From positions 1 through 50,059 of the forward strand of contig CALDSX010000060.1 of assembly GCA_937924445.1 (NCBI GenBank): a stretch of 50,059 nucleotides of DNA, read 5' to 3'. This document shows positions 30,388-38,828 of this stretch, piece after piece (within the stretch, counting starts at the first letter, position 1; every line of letters starts with the position of its first letter). Below the pieces are notes generated by a model, which had not been told where the DNA came from, made no database searches, and was given only the letters and a program-made list of their open reading frames with translations. A program made the translations under genes and the position numbers. Source of the stretch: an uncultured Chthoniobacterales bacterium (GTDB taxonomy: Bacteria; Verrucomicrobiota; Verrucomicrobiia; Chthoniobacterales; CALDSX01).

Positions 30388-31892
30388 GAATTTTTTTTGC
30401 TGAAGGAGACGGGCGGGGATGGGCGATTGACGAGGATTTGCGCCTTTTGAAGCGCGGTGTTGCGGCCTATGGTTCCGAGAGTTCTTTTAACCGGGCAGAA
30501 GCGGTGCTGGCCGTTTGGTGGTGGAAGTTGCTGCGTTTGCCACAGGAGCAACTCGCGAAAAAGCGCGTGATTGCGTTGGCGGATAACCCGCCCTTTATCT
30601 ACGCACAACATCCGTCGTTTCTTGCAGGCAGCGCGCTGGTGGATTTGTGGGTGGCGAGGTCGCAAGAGGCACTCCAGCAATTTGAACAATTGGGGCTGCC
30701 GGTGGTTTTTGCCCCCTACGCGGTTGATAGCTCTGTTTTTCGCCCGCTGCCACCGGATGATCCAGCACTTGCCGCGATGCATCGGAGAGTTGCGGCACCG
30801 CAGGGAGCGTTTCTTGTGGGAAATTTTCACCGGGATACCGAAATGTCGGGGTGCCCAAAAGAACAAAAAGCGCCCGAGGTGTTTTTGAAAATAGTGCTGG
30901 CCGCGAGGAAACAAGGAGTGCCGGTTTATCCCGTTCTGGCTGGGCCAAGGCGCCACTGGTTGCGGTCGGCATTTCAATCTGAAGGAGTACGCTGCGCATT
31001 TATTGGAGATGAAACGTTGCGGGCTGATGATTATCCAGCAAACATTTTGCCGCGAAGCGAGCTGAACCTTTTGTATAACCTGATTGATCTTTATCTGATA
31101 CCGTCGCGTTGGGAGGGGGGGCCACATTCCGTTCTCGAGGCGGCAGCGGCAGGCTGCCCTTTGCTAAGCACGCCTGTGGGTGTGTCGCGTGATTTGCTTC
31201 CATCAGATCAGCTTTTCAATAGCGTCGCTGAAGGGGTGAGACTCCTAACAAAGGAGTTTTATACCCGCGAGATCCGCAACCGAACAAGTCGACTGAGACA
31301 GGATTTTTTGGAGAGCCATCAACCGGAGCGGTTGGCAAAACGCTTCGGTGAGATTCTGAATGATACCTCATCTGTCGTAGCGCGTGCTGAAGCGAGGCAG
31401 ATCTGGAGCCATGAGTTTGAACCCAACTTCTGCACAAGGATCAGAAGGGGGCTTGCACGGATGGTCCGTGGTGGGCTGCGCGTGCGTGTTAAAGACAGAA
31501 GCAACGAGAGTTCCGCAGGAGCGGCATTTTTGAACTCCACACGAAAATGGATGGAGGCGTGCAGAGTGCGTTTTGTAGAAAACAACATGATGACACACTT
31601 AGAGCTTGTGGCTCATAACGACCGGGCCGTGCTGCGTTCGTTGGCGGAGGGTGGTAGAAGCGTTTCGATCTTTTTTGAATTGCGACCTTTTCTGGAGTCG
31701 CTACGAGGTCAGGCGCGGCCCTGGAACGCAACTTTGATGCCGTCTGAATTTGAATGCGGAAGACGAAGTGGCGTGGTTGGAGACGAGGAAAGGATCACCG
31801 ATTGGGATGGCGCGCTCATCATGTCGCGCGAGTCGGGCAGAACGGTGGCGGCCCGCTTTGCGGAGCTTGCGGAGATGGTGGCGGAAGGATGA
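30384..31892 (+). CDS. GT4-like glycosyltransferase with a C-terminal extension
   Basis: GNFHRD, PKEQKAPE, YLIPSRWEGGPHSVLEA; GTG at 30384 overlaps the upstream stop. Confidence 0.82.
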   Translation: MRIFFAEGDGRGWAIDEDLRLLKRGVAAYGSESSFNRAEAVLAVWWWKLLRLPQEQLAKKRVIALADNPPFIYAQHPSFLAGSALVDLWVARSQEALQQFEQLGLPVVFAPYAVDSSVFRPLPPDDPALAAMHRRVAAPQGAFLVGNFHRDTEMSGCPKEQKAPEVFLKIVLAARKQGVPVYPVLAGPRRHWLRSAFQSEGVRCAFIGDETLRADDYPANILPRSELNLLYNLIDLYLIPSRWEGGPHSVLEAAAAGCPLLSTPVGVSRDLLPSDQLFNSVAEGVRLLTKEFYTREIRNRTSRLRQDFLESHQPERLAKRFGEILNDTSSVVARAEARQIWSHEFEPNFCTRIRRGLARMVRGGLRVRVKDRSNESSAGAAFLNSTRKWMEACRVRFVENNMMTHLELVAHNDRAVLRSLAEGGRSVSIFFELRPFLESLRGQARPWNATLMPSEFECGRRSGVVGDEERITDWDGALIMSRESGRTVAARFAELAEMVAEG

Positions 31893-33019
31893 GGGGAAAC
31901 CGAATACGTGCGCTGATAATGGTTGTGCCGTGGCGTTGGAGGGAGGCTGCAAAGTGGGTTTTAGAGTTGCCGGAGCGACTTCGCTTCCGGAAAAAGCTGC
32001 GGAGGACATTATGGAGATCAGCACAAGGAGTGCTCGGACTGGGCGGGGCGTTGGATGGGAGGATCCACGGTGGGCGTGTGAAGCTTGTGGCTTTGGCAGA
32101 GAGATTTGGCGACAGCGCTGCGGGCTACCGAGTGCTTTACCTTGTAAGCAGCGCACTCCCACGATTTTGGGACGAAACGGTGCGCTGGGCACTTGGACAC
32201 GGGGCGAAGCTGGTCTGGAACCAGAACGGCGTGGCCTACCGGGCTTGGGCGGGTGCGGAGTATCCGCGATGGAATCGGCCGATGCGGCGCGGGCTTCTAC
32301 TTGCCTCTCGGGTCGTGTATCAGAGCGAGTTTTGTCAGCGCAGTGCGGACCGTATGCTCGGCAAATACAAAGGTCTGTCGGTTATTTTGCTAAATCCCGT
32401 TGACTTGGAGAAATTCAATCCAGCAGAATGCTTTCGACGCGGTGCCGATAAGTTAAAGATTTTGGCTATCGGAACTCATGCCTCCCCTGCCCGGGTGCGT
32501 CTGGCAATTGGGACAGTTGGGCACTTGCGGCGCGCCGGTGTTCAGGCGCGGCTTTCTGTCGTTGGCCCACTGAATTGGCCGCAAGCAGAGGAGCAGGCCG
32601 CCCGTTGGGTGCATGAACAGGGTCTAAGAGAGATTGTGACTTTTGAGGGGCCGTTTTCTCGACAAGAAGCTCCCGAGATTTACCGGAGGCATGACATATT
32701 GTTGCATTGCAAACAAATGGACCCCTGCCCTACGGTGGTTGCCGAGGCGATGGCTTCGGGGCTACCGATTGTGGGACCAGCGAACGGTGGGCTACCAGAA
32801 ATGGTCGGACAGGAAGGCGGAATTTTGATCCCCGCAGCGGATGATTTTGACAATGAACCCAAAATGTGTGGGGAGCTAGTTGCTCAGGCTGTGGTCCAGG
32901 TTATGGAGAGTTACCAAAGCTACTCTTCACAGGCGAGGAGGAGAGCCGAGCGTCTTTTCAACAATAAAGCTTGGCTGAATGCCCATGGGGAGATTTTCGA
33001 GAGGCTAACGCATGGCTGA
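31889..33019 (+). CDS. Glycosyltransferase, GT4 family
   Basis: NQNGV, YQSEF, NPVD, DPCPTVVAEAMASGLP, GGLPE; ATG at 31889 overlaps the upstream stop. Confidence 0.9.
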   Translation: MRGNRIRALIMVVPWRWREAAKWVLELPERLRFRKKLRRTLWRSAQGVLGLGGALDGRIHGGRVKLVALAERFGDSAAGYRVLYLVSSALPRFWDETVRWALGHGAKLVWNQNGVAYRAWAGAEYPRWNRPMRRGLLLASRVVYQSEFCQRSADRMLGKYKGLSVILLNPVDLEKFNPAECFRRGADKLKILAIGTHASPARVRLAIGTVGHLRRAGVQARLSVVGPLNWPQAEEQAARWVHEQGLREIVTFEGPFSRQEAPEIYRRHDILLHCKQMDPCPTVVAEAMASGLPIVGPANGGLPEMVGQEGGILIPAADDFDNEPKMCGELVAQAVVQVMESYQSYSSQARRRAERLFNNKAWLNAHGEIFERLTHG

Positions 33020-33896
33020 TCCCGCAGTTTCGGTCATTATGACCGCCTATAATGCCGAGCGTGATATCGAGGCGGCTGTGGCAACTATCCTAGGCCAGTC
33101 GTTCGAGAATTTAGAGTTAATTGTGGTTGACGATGGTTCGTCGGATTCAACGCTCTGGCGGTTGTCAAGAACACATGATCGACGTCTACGCGTGATATCT
33201 TTGGGTGAAAATCGTGGGCAGACATTCGCCCTCAATGTTGCTTTGAACTCCTCGCGAGCCCCCCTCGTAGCCCGACAGGACGCCGATGATCTCTCCCACT
33301 TTCACCGCATCGCGTTGCAGGTGCAGGAATTTGAAAGACGCCCTAGACTTTCGCTGCTGGGCACTCAGGGAGTTGTGATTAACCCCAATGGTATAATAAC
33401 AGGCCTTTTGTCTGTTCCACTCGGGCAAGAAGAAATCCTTGGGTGGCTAATGTGGGATAATCCATTTATTCATACCTCGGTAATGTTTCGACGGGAGACT
33501 GTCGAAAGGGTCGGAGGCTATGACGAAAGGTTTCGCATTTGCCAGGATTATGATCTTTGGATGCGAATTCTACGGAACGCCACGGGTGACAATCTCAGGC
33601 AGCGTCTCGTGGCTTATCGGATTCACAAGGGGTCATTATCACGATCTCGAATTGAAGAGACCAGACGTGAAGCAGAGGAAATCAGAACCCGTGTGGATCT
33701 GCAGCACAATTGGAGACCAAATAGCCGCACACAGGCACTCAGAGCACTTGGCCAAACGGCAGATGGGATCTCATGGCCCGATCGCAGTAAGGCACTTCTT
33801 AACGGAATATTTTGGGCAGCAAGTCTGTTTTTTGAAAGGATGCGTTTTTGTGGAAAATCTGCCGAGATCTGGGCGCAAAACTCGTTCAGGAAATAA
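33012..33896 (+). CDS. Glycosyltransferase, GT2 family
   Basis: VSVIMTAYNAE, VDDGSSD, ARQDADD, QDYDLW. Confidence 0.94.
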   Translation: MADPAVSVIMTAYNAERDIEAAVATILGQSFENLELIVVDDGSSDSTLWRLSRTHDRRLRVISLGENRGQTFALNVALNSSRAPLVARQDADDLSHFHRIALQVQEFERRPRLSLLGTQGVVINPNGIITGLLSVPLGQEEILGWLMWDNPFIHTSVMFRRETVERVGGYDERFRICQDYDLWMRILRNATGDNLRQRLVAYRIHKGSLSRSRIEETRREAEEIRTRVDLQHNWRPNSRTQALRALGQTADGISWPDRSKALLNGIFWAASLFFERMRFCGKSAEIWAQNSFRK

Positions 33897-34866
33897 ACCG
33901 GATCAGGCGCTCCAAAAGTGCGAGACGCGCCCGCTGAATTAGCAAGCGTGCGCATCTTTTTTTTTCTGATTCAAAGCGCCAAACCGCGTGAGCTGATGGA
34001 AGTTCTGCAGTTATAAACTCAACCCAACGCTTAGCAATGGCAGATCTACTCACCTCATGGGCTCTTCGTAAGCCGTTCTCACTCATTTTTTCCCAGAGAT
34101 TAGGATCTGATTTTAACCTTCGCAGACAAACCACAAGCCCGGTTTGAGATGTTGCTTTTAGAAAATCCAGCGGGTTTTTTCGTTCGAATTCATATGCCGA
34201 ATCATTTCCTCCGATAAAAGGAACCCCTGCCAGCCAGGCGTTAAAAAGTTTCGTGGGCGGCTTGTGATGGTATCGGGCTTTGTTGAAAGATCGGATGCCA
34301 ATGGCTACATCCACTTTCGAGTAATCATGCCACCGGTCAGCATGGTAGATCTCAAAATTTATTCCAAGGTTAGAAAGTTCGCGTCTGAATGGCCAGCTTT
34401 TCATCTCGGCAGCCAGGTTGGCGGGGTCACCATAAAAAGCGGCATTCTCGACGATTGGTTTTCGAGAAATATTCCGCCTAATTAAATTTGGCTGGGTCCA
34501 ATTCGGAATGTAGGTGGAACAAGGAACAAGTTGTTGCTGACGCCCGTTCTGAACAAGATGCCAGTCGGCCAGCGGATGTGGAGTCCAGTCTGCCGCCACT
34601 GCAACGAAAAAAACATTTGTGGATGGGCGATGCTTTTTGCCCAAAAAACCGGCAAGCGAAATTACCACGCCGGAATCTGGCAGTGTGTGAGTGAGATGAA
34701 CGTTGAGATCGGCTTTTTTCAGCACGCACCATGTTTGCCAGATCCAGCATTGCGCTGCAGCGATCTTTCCACTCTCGTGAAGTTTAAAGGGCTTTTCTAA
34801 CTCCCAGTTTTGCGCAGTTTCAGGTTCAGGAAGATATTTTTCTGGCAAATAAAAATGAATTTTCAT
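33886..34866 (-). CDS. Putative GT-B glycosyltransferase
   Basis: WHDYSKVDVAIGIR, KPPTKLFNAWLAGVP, M..NG..RA C-terminal helix typical of GT-B folds. Confidence 0.7.
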   Translation of the reverse strand: MKIHFYLPEKYLPEPETAQNWELEKPFKLHESGKIAAAQCWIWQTWCVLKKADLNVHLTHTLPDSGVVISLAGFLGKKHRPSTNVFFVAVAADWTPHPLADWHLVQNGRQQQLVPCSTYIPNWTQPNLIRRNISRKPIVENAAFYGDPANLAAEMKSWPFRRELSNLGINFEIYHADRWHDYSKVDVAIGIRSFNKARYHHKPPTKLFNAWLAGVPFIGGNDSAYEFERKNPLDFLKATSQTGLVVCLRRLKSDPNLWEKMSENGLRRAHEVSRSAIAKRWVEFITAELPSAHAVWRFESEKKRCARLLIQRARLALLERLIRFIS

Positions 34867-34899
34867 CAAAAAGAATGACTAATCTTAGAGAAAAATTTT

Positions 34900-36039
34900 A
34901 TGAATTTGCCACGGAGCACGGAGAGTTCCACAGAGTTCCTTTTTTTAAATAGCAAAGCGCATCTTCTATTGAAGAAAGCGAGTGACGCTGTGTCTGGAGG
35001 TGCAGAACTGCAGGTTGCGCTGCTGTCTCGGGAGCTGGCGGCACGAGGGTATTCAGTTTGCATCGCTTACGGCTCAACAGCGCCATGTCCAGCGGCGCTG
35101 CATCAGGGCGTAGAATGTTTGGCTGCCGGGCCTTTTCATACAGGCAAATCGGCAGATATACCAAAGGCGGCTCCTGTCGTGTTCAATGTGATTAGAAACA
35201 AGAAACCACAATTTGTTCTGGTGCTTGGCTGGACAGCATGGTTGTTTTTATTATGGCTCTGGCGTCCCTTGCTGAAATTCAAGCTTGTTTTCATTTGTGG
35301 TTTGGACACCGAGGCCGACGGATCATTTGCCCGGGAGACCGGTGTTCGCGGGCGATTATTTGATTTTGCCATGCGACGGTGTGACATCATCTTTGCGATG
35401 TCTGACAAGCAACAGAGAATGATGGAAGCCCGTGGGATCAGATGCAGCATGTATCGCAATCTCATTCTGCCACGTTCCGCGCCCTCACAGTTTGAAAAGA
35501 ACATTGATCTGCTTTGGGTGGCGCGTTGTCAGCCGATCAAGCGTCCCCTTGAATTTGTGCGGCTTGCAGCAGCTCTGCCGGATAAAAGATGCATAATGAT
35601 CTGTCCGCCTGAGGATAAGAAACTATTTCGCAAAGTGCAAATTGACGCAAAGTCGGTGCCGAATCTTCAACTGATCGAGTTTGTGCCTTACCACCACGTT
35701 CAGGAGTATTACGACCGAGCACGTATCTTTGTAAATACTTCGATATCTGAAGGTTTTGCAAACAGTTTTATTCAAGCCGGGCTTGGCAAAACAGCCATTC
35801 TGTCGCTTTCGGTCGACTGCGACGGAGTTTTGGAGAGGTTTCATGCAGGAGAGGTCGCTAATGATAATTTCGACGAGTTGGTGCGTTTTGCTGCGGAATG
35901 GCTCGAAGGTCCCTCGGAGATTTTGTGCCGCTATGCCCTCGGAGCTGCTCGTTTTGTCGCAGAAAACCATCAGACTGAGCGAAACGTGAATCTATTCCTT
36001 GCTGGTGTTGGACATTCAATCCATGCGAAAGCTCTTTAA
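34900..36039 (+). CDS. Glycosyltransferase, GT4 family
   Basis: GGAELQ, LWVARCQPIKRP, FVNTSISEGFANSFIQA. Confidence 0.88.
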   Translation: MNLPRSTESSTEFLFLNSKAHLLLKKASDAVSGGAELQVALLSRELAARGYSVCIAYGSTAPCPAALHQGVECLAAGPFHTGKSADIPKAAPVVFNVIRNKKPQFVLVLGWTAWLFLLWLWRPLLKFKLVFICGLDTEADGSFARETGVRGRLFDFAMRRCDIIFAMSDKQQRMMEARGIRCSMYRNLILPRSAPSQFEKNIDLLWVARCQPIKRPLEFVRLAAALPDKRCIMICPPEDKKLFRKVQIDAKSVPNLQLIEFVPYHHVQEYYDRARIFVNTSISEGFANSFIQAGLGKTAILSLSVDCDGVLERFHAGEVANDNFDELVRFAAEWLEGPSEILCRYALGAARFVAENHQTERNVNLFLAGVGHSIHAKAL

Positions 36040-36535
36040 AATTCTTCAACAGGATTTTGCCGCTAATAGGTCGAACCCAAAGGGCCTCTTCCTCGTGGTC
36101 TTTTACCGATTGGCGGCGTCAGCTCGCGCGCTTCCAAAACCGCTTTGGATTCTATGTTCCCCAATTCTTGTCTTGTATATTTTAGTCGTCGAATGGATAC
36201 TCGGAGTCGAGCTGGGATACAGGGTTGTCGCCGGGGAAGGCCTAGCAATTCATCACGGACAGGGGTTAGTTGTGAACAATGACGTTGTGCTCGGTCGGCA
36301 ATGCGTTCTCAGACACGGGGTAACCTTAGGCAACCGCCACCCAGGTGGCCCTTCACCTGTGGTTGGCAATAACGTCGAATTCGGTGCCAACGCTACGGTA
36401 CTCGGCGGCGTCAAACTTGGTGATGGCTGCAAGGTTGGCGCTGGGGCGGTTGTGCTTGCGGACGTGCCCCCAGGCTGCGTGGCAGTCGGAAATCCTGCGC
36501 GGGTTATTTATCCCAAAGAATCGAGCGCGGAATGA
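36023..36535 (+). CDS. wcaB: Hexapeptide-repeat O-acetyltransferase, WcaB-like
   Basis: LYILVVEWILGVEL, IHHGQGLVVN, LRHGVTLGN, GAGAVV, GNPARV; short N-terminus like WcaB rather than full-length CysE. Confidence 0.75.
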   Translation: MRKLFKILQQDFAANRSNPKGLFLVVFYRLAASARALPKPLWILCSPILVLYILVVEWILGVELGYRVVAGEGLAIHHGQGLVVNNDVVLGRQCVLRHGVTLGNRHPGGPSPVVGNNVEFGANATVLGGVKLGDGCKVGAGAVVLADVPPGCVAVGNPARVIYPKESSAE

Positions 36536-37659
36536 GATACCCTCCCGAGTACCGCCTCATAAGAGGCCGAGATTTTACTTATATCGAACTCGCGAACAAG
36601 TTGACGACTCCCCGCGCGCATCTCAGACAAAAAACCTGGATCTTCAATCATCCGGGACAAGCATTGACACAACTCATCGGGATCACTCGCTCGAAAGCTT
36701 AATCCATTCACGTAAGGACGAAGCACGTCTGCAAGGCCACCGATATCTGACCCAATCACAGCCAACCCAGCGCGGAGTGCTTCCAACACAGCGAGGGGCA
36801 TCCCTTCTTGTCGTGAGGGAATAACGAAGACCTCCGCTTGCTGTAGAAAATCGCGAACCTGTTCTGGGGTCACCCAACCTCGGAAACAAATCCTGTCCAT
36901 TAGTCCGAGAGAAGAGGCCAGTTTTTCGAGGCGAACTCTCTCCGGCCCATCACCAACAAAATCCATCCGCCAATGGTGACTCTGTGGAAGGTTTGCAAAC
37001 GCATGAAGAAGGCACAAAAGATTTTTCTGTGGATCCAGGCGACCTGTAAATATAAATCGTCGAACCGCAGAGGGTGAAAGCGTCGGCGGAAGTTCATCGG
37101 GCAGATCAATGCCGTTGTAGATAACCTCAACCGGGCAATTATAGGCACGACGGGCAAGTTCCGCTGTGAATTGACTGCATGCCGTCCTCGCAGCCGCACT
37201 TTTCCAAATCGGTCTGATCACCGGGTTGAGAATCCTAAACAACATCTCGGTTCGCTTCCCCATCGCCCCAGGCACATCTCCTAACTGAGCAGTAATAACG
37301 TAAGGCACACCCAGAAGTCGTGAAAGAACATATGCCAACACACCTGATGGAACCGCGAAGTGCGCATGAATCACATCAGGTCTCCATGCTGCAAGATCCC
37401 GTAAGGCGACAGGTATGGACCCCAGCAAATAACCGGCCATTTCTGGCACTGAACACCTGAAGGGTCTTGCACGAAATGCGAACGACCGGCTTACTTGCAC
37501 GCCCATGTCGTTTTCAACACCAACGCCAAAACCGAGAGCCGCGGTGTAGACGCGCACATTATGACCGCGCCTGACCAGTGCACGTGCAACATCTCGCGCC
37601 GCACGCCCCCCACCACCCCCAATCGGCGGATATTCGTAACAAACGATAGCAATCTTCAT
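36508..37659 (-). CDS. Glycosyltransferase, GT4 family
   Basis: YEYPPIGGGGG, HAHFAVPSG, YNGID, GRLDPQKN, PSRQEGMPLAVLEA. Confidence 0.94.
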   Translation of the reverse strand: MKIAIVCYEYPPIGGGGGRAARDVARALVRRGHNVRVYTAALGFGVGVENDMGVQVSRSFAFRARPFRCSVPEMAGYLLGSIPVALRDLAAWRPDVIHAHFAVPSGVLAYVLSRLLGVPYVITAQLGDVPGAMGKRTEMLFRILNPVIRPIWKSAAARTACSQFTAELARRAYNCPVEVIYNGIDLPDELPPTLSPSAVRRFIFTGRLDPQKNLLCLLHAFANLPQSHHWRMDFVGDGPERVRLEKLASSLGLMDRICFRGWVTPEQVRDFLQQAEVFVIPSRQEGMPLAVLEALRAGLAVIGSDIGGLADVLRPYVNGLSFRASDPDELCQCLSRMIEDPGFLSEMRAGSRQLVREFDISKISASYEAVLGRVSHSALDSLG

Positions 37660-37985
37660 TTATTTAATTAGGCGACAGTTCAAGGCGGCCGGGATGAAAG
37701 ATTCGCTGAAATCTCTGTTCATCAATTCGAATTTCAATACAAAGGTGATTTCGCCAAATCCATCTCCCTGCTCATCGACTCCCATACACTCTTCGCAGAT
37801 AAAACGACACCACTTCGTGTGGCAACGTTATCTTAGAGGCATTTGCCTAAAAAGGTAATTCGCAGCTATGGGGAATTCTAGGAGCACCGTCTGTGAATTA
37901 CGTTGAAAGTTCTTCTCGAACCCGCGCCTCAGCTTTCTGCCCGAAAATTTGTCCCGGTCTGTAGTGGCCCTTTGAAAGTGAAATA

Positions 37986-38048
37986 ATGGACATTAAAAAA
38001 ACCCGCACCAAGGATGGCAAAAACAAGAGCTACTGGAGGCTCTCGTAT
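37986..38048 (+). pseudogene. Possible N-terminal remnant of an IS1634-like transposase
   Basis: MDIKKTRTKDGKNKSYWRL resembles the KDGK..YW.LV start of IS1634 transposases; similarity is lost immediately afterwards. Confidence 0.3.
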
Positions 38049-38159
38049 CTTTCACTCTGCAGTTCTTCGCAAAGGCTCCAATCGACTCAGCACGACTCGC
38101 TAAAGAACTCTCGCTCAGCGATCTGTAAAGACAGATTCGTTTTTTTCATCAATCGTAAT

Positions 38160-38828
38160 TTAGATGTGTGCTTGAAGATGTTTTCGCAAAATCATGAAGA
38201 GTTTGTCGGCCCCGGAAGCCTCTTCAACCACGTCTTGAGCATCCAACACCCCAAATCCTGGACCGAATGCTGGCCCGTTGACGACACAGAGATCGGTTTT
38301 GCACTCACGGATTTGATCTGCAGCTTTTTGCAACGCTGTGTTGCGATCCCCTTCCACTTCGTATTTCCAGCCCACGATTAACGTGTCCGTCAGGAGCGAG
38401 CGTAACTGTGGAAGGATTTTTGGTACCGGCTCGAGCCGCAGCGTCAGATGACCCGATGACGTAGGTATTTTGCCCCGACCGACAGCATACGGTTGTGCTT
38501 CAGATCGCGCTGACGCTACCCGAAAATCAGACAAAGCTGCCGCATGGAAAAAGCCTGCAAAGGGTTCGTCTGTTTCTCTAAGGGCCCGGCGAATCTTAAT
38601 CAAGAGATCGGCTCCTGTGCTGAAAGGTCTCACATCCAACCCGTTCGGCGGAAGTGCGGTTGCCATCTCTCCACGAAACATGAGAACTCTAAAGCCTTGA
38701 GCCAAAAATCTAGATGCGAGCTGTGCTCCGAGTGCGCCGGTTGAAAAATTTGTCAGGCGGCGGACGGCATCTATAGGCTCATAACCTGGACCACAGGTGA
38801 TTGCCACACGCCGAAGTGATGGGCTCAT
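38160..38828 (-). CDS. coaB: Stand-alone phosphopantothenate--cysteine ligase-like (CoaB/DFP domain) protein
   Basis: ITCGPGYEPIDAVRRLTNFSTG, HAAALSDF, GKIPT, PKIL, VGWKYE. Confidence 0.75.
   Translation of the reverse strand: MSPSLRRVAITCGPGYEPIDAVRRLTNFSTGALGAQLASRFLAQGFRVLMFRGEMATALPPNGLDVRPFSTGADLLIKIRRALRETDEPFAGFFHAAALSDFRVASARSEAQPYAVGRGKIPTSSGHLTLRLEPVPKILPQLRSLLTDTLIVGWKYEVEGDRNTALQKAADQIRECKTDLCVVNGPAFGPGFGVLDAQDVVEEASGADKLFMILRKHLQAHI

Noticed and set aside
30024-31127. 367-aa antisense ORF, and other long shadow ORFs such as 24886-25557 and 31750-32403
   Set aside because: They overlap well-supported glycosyltransferase or methyltransferase genes and show no motifs
37986-38381. 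131-aa ORF as an intact gene
   Set aside because: More than half overlaps the coaB-like gene antisense; only the first ~20 codons look meaningful
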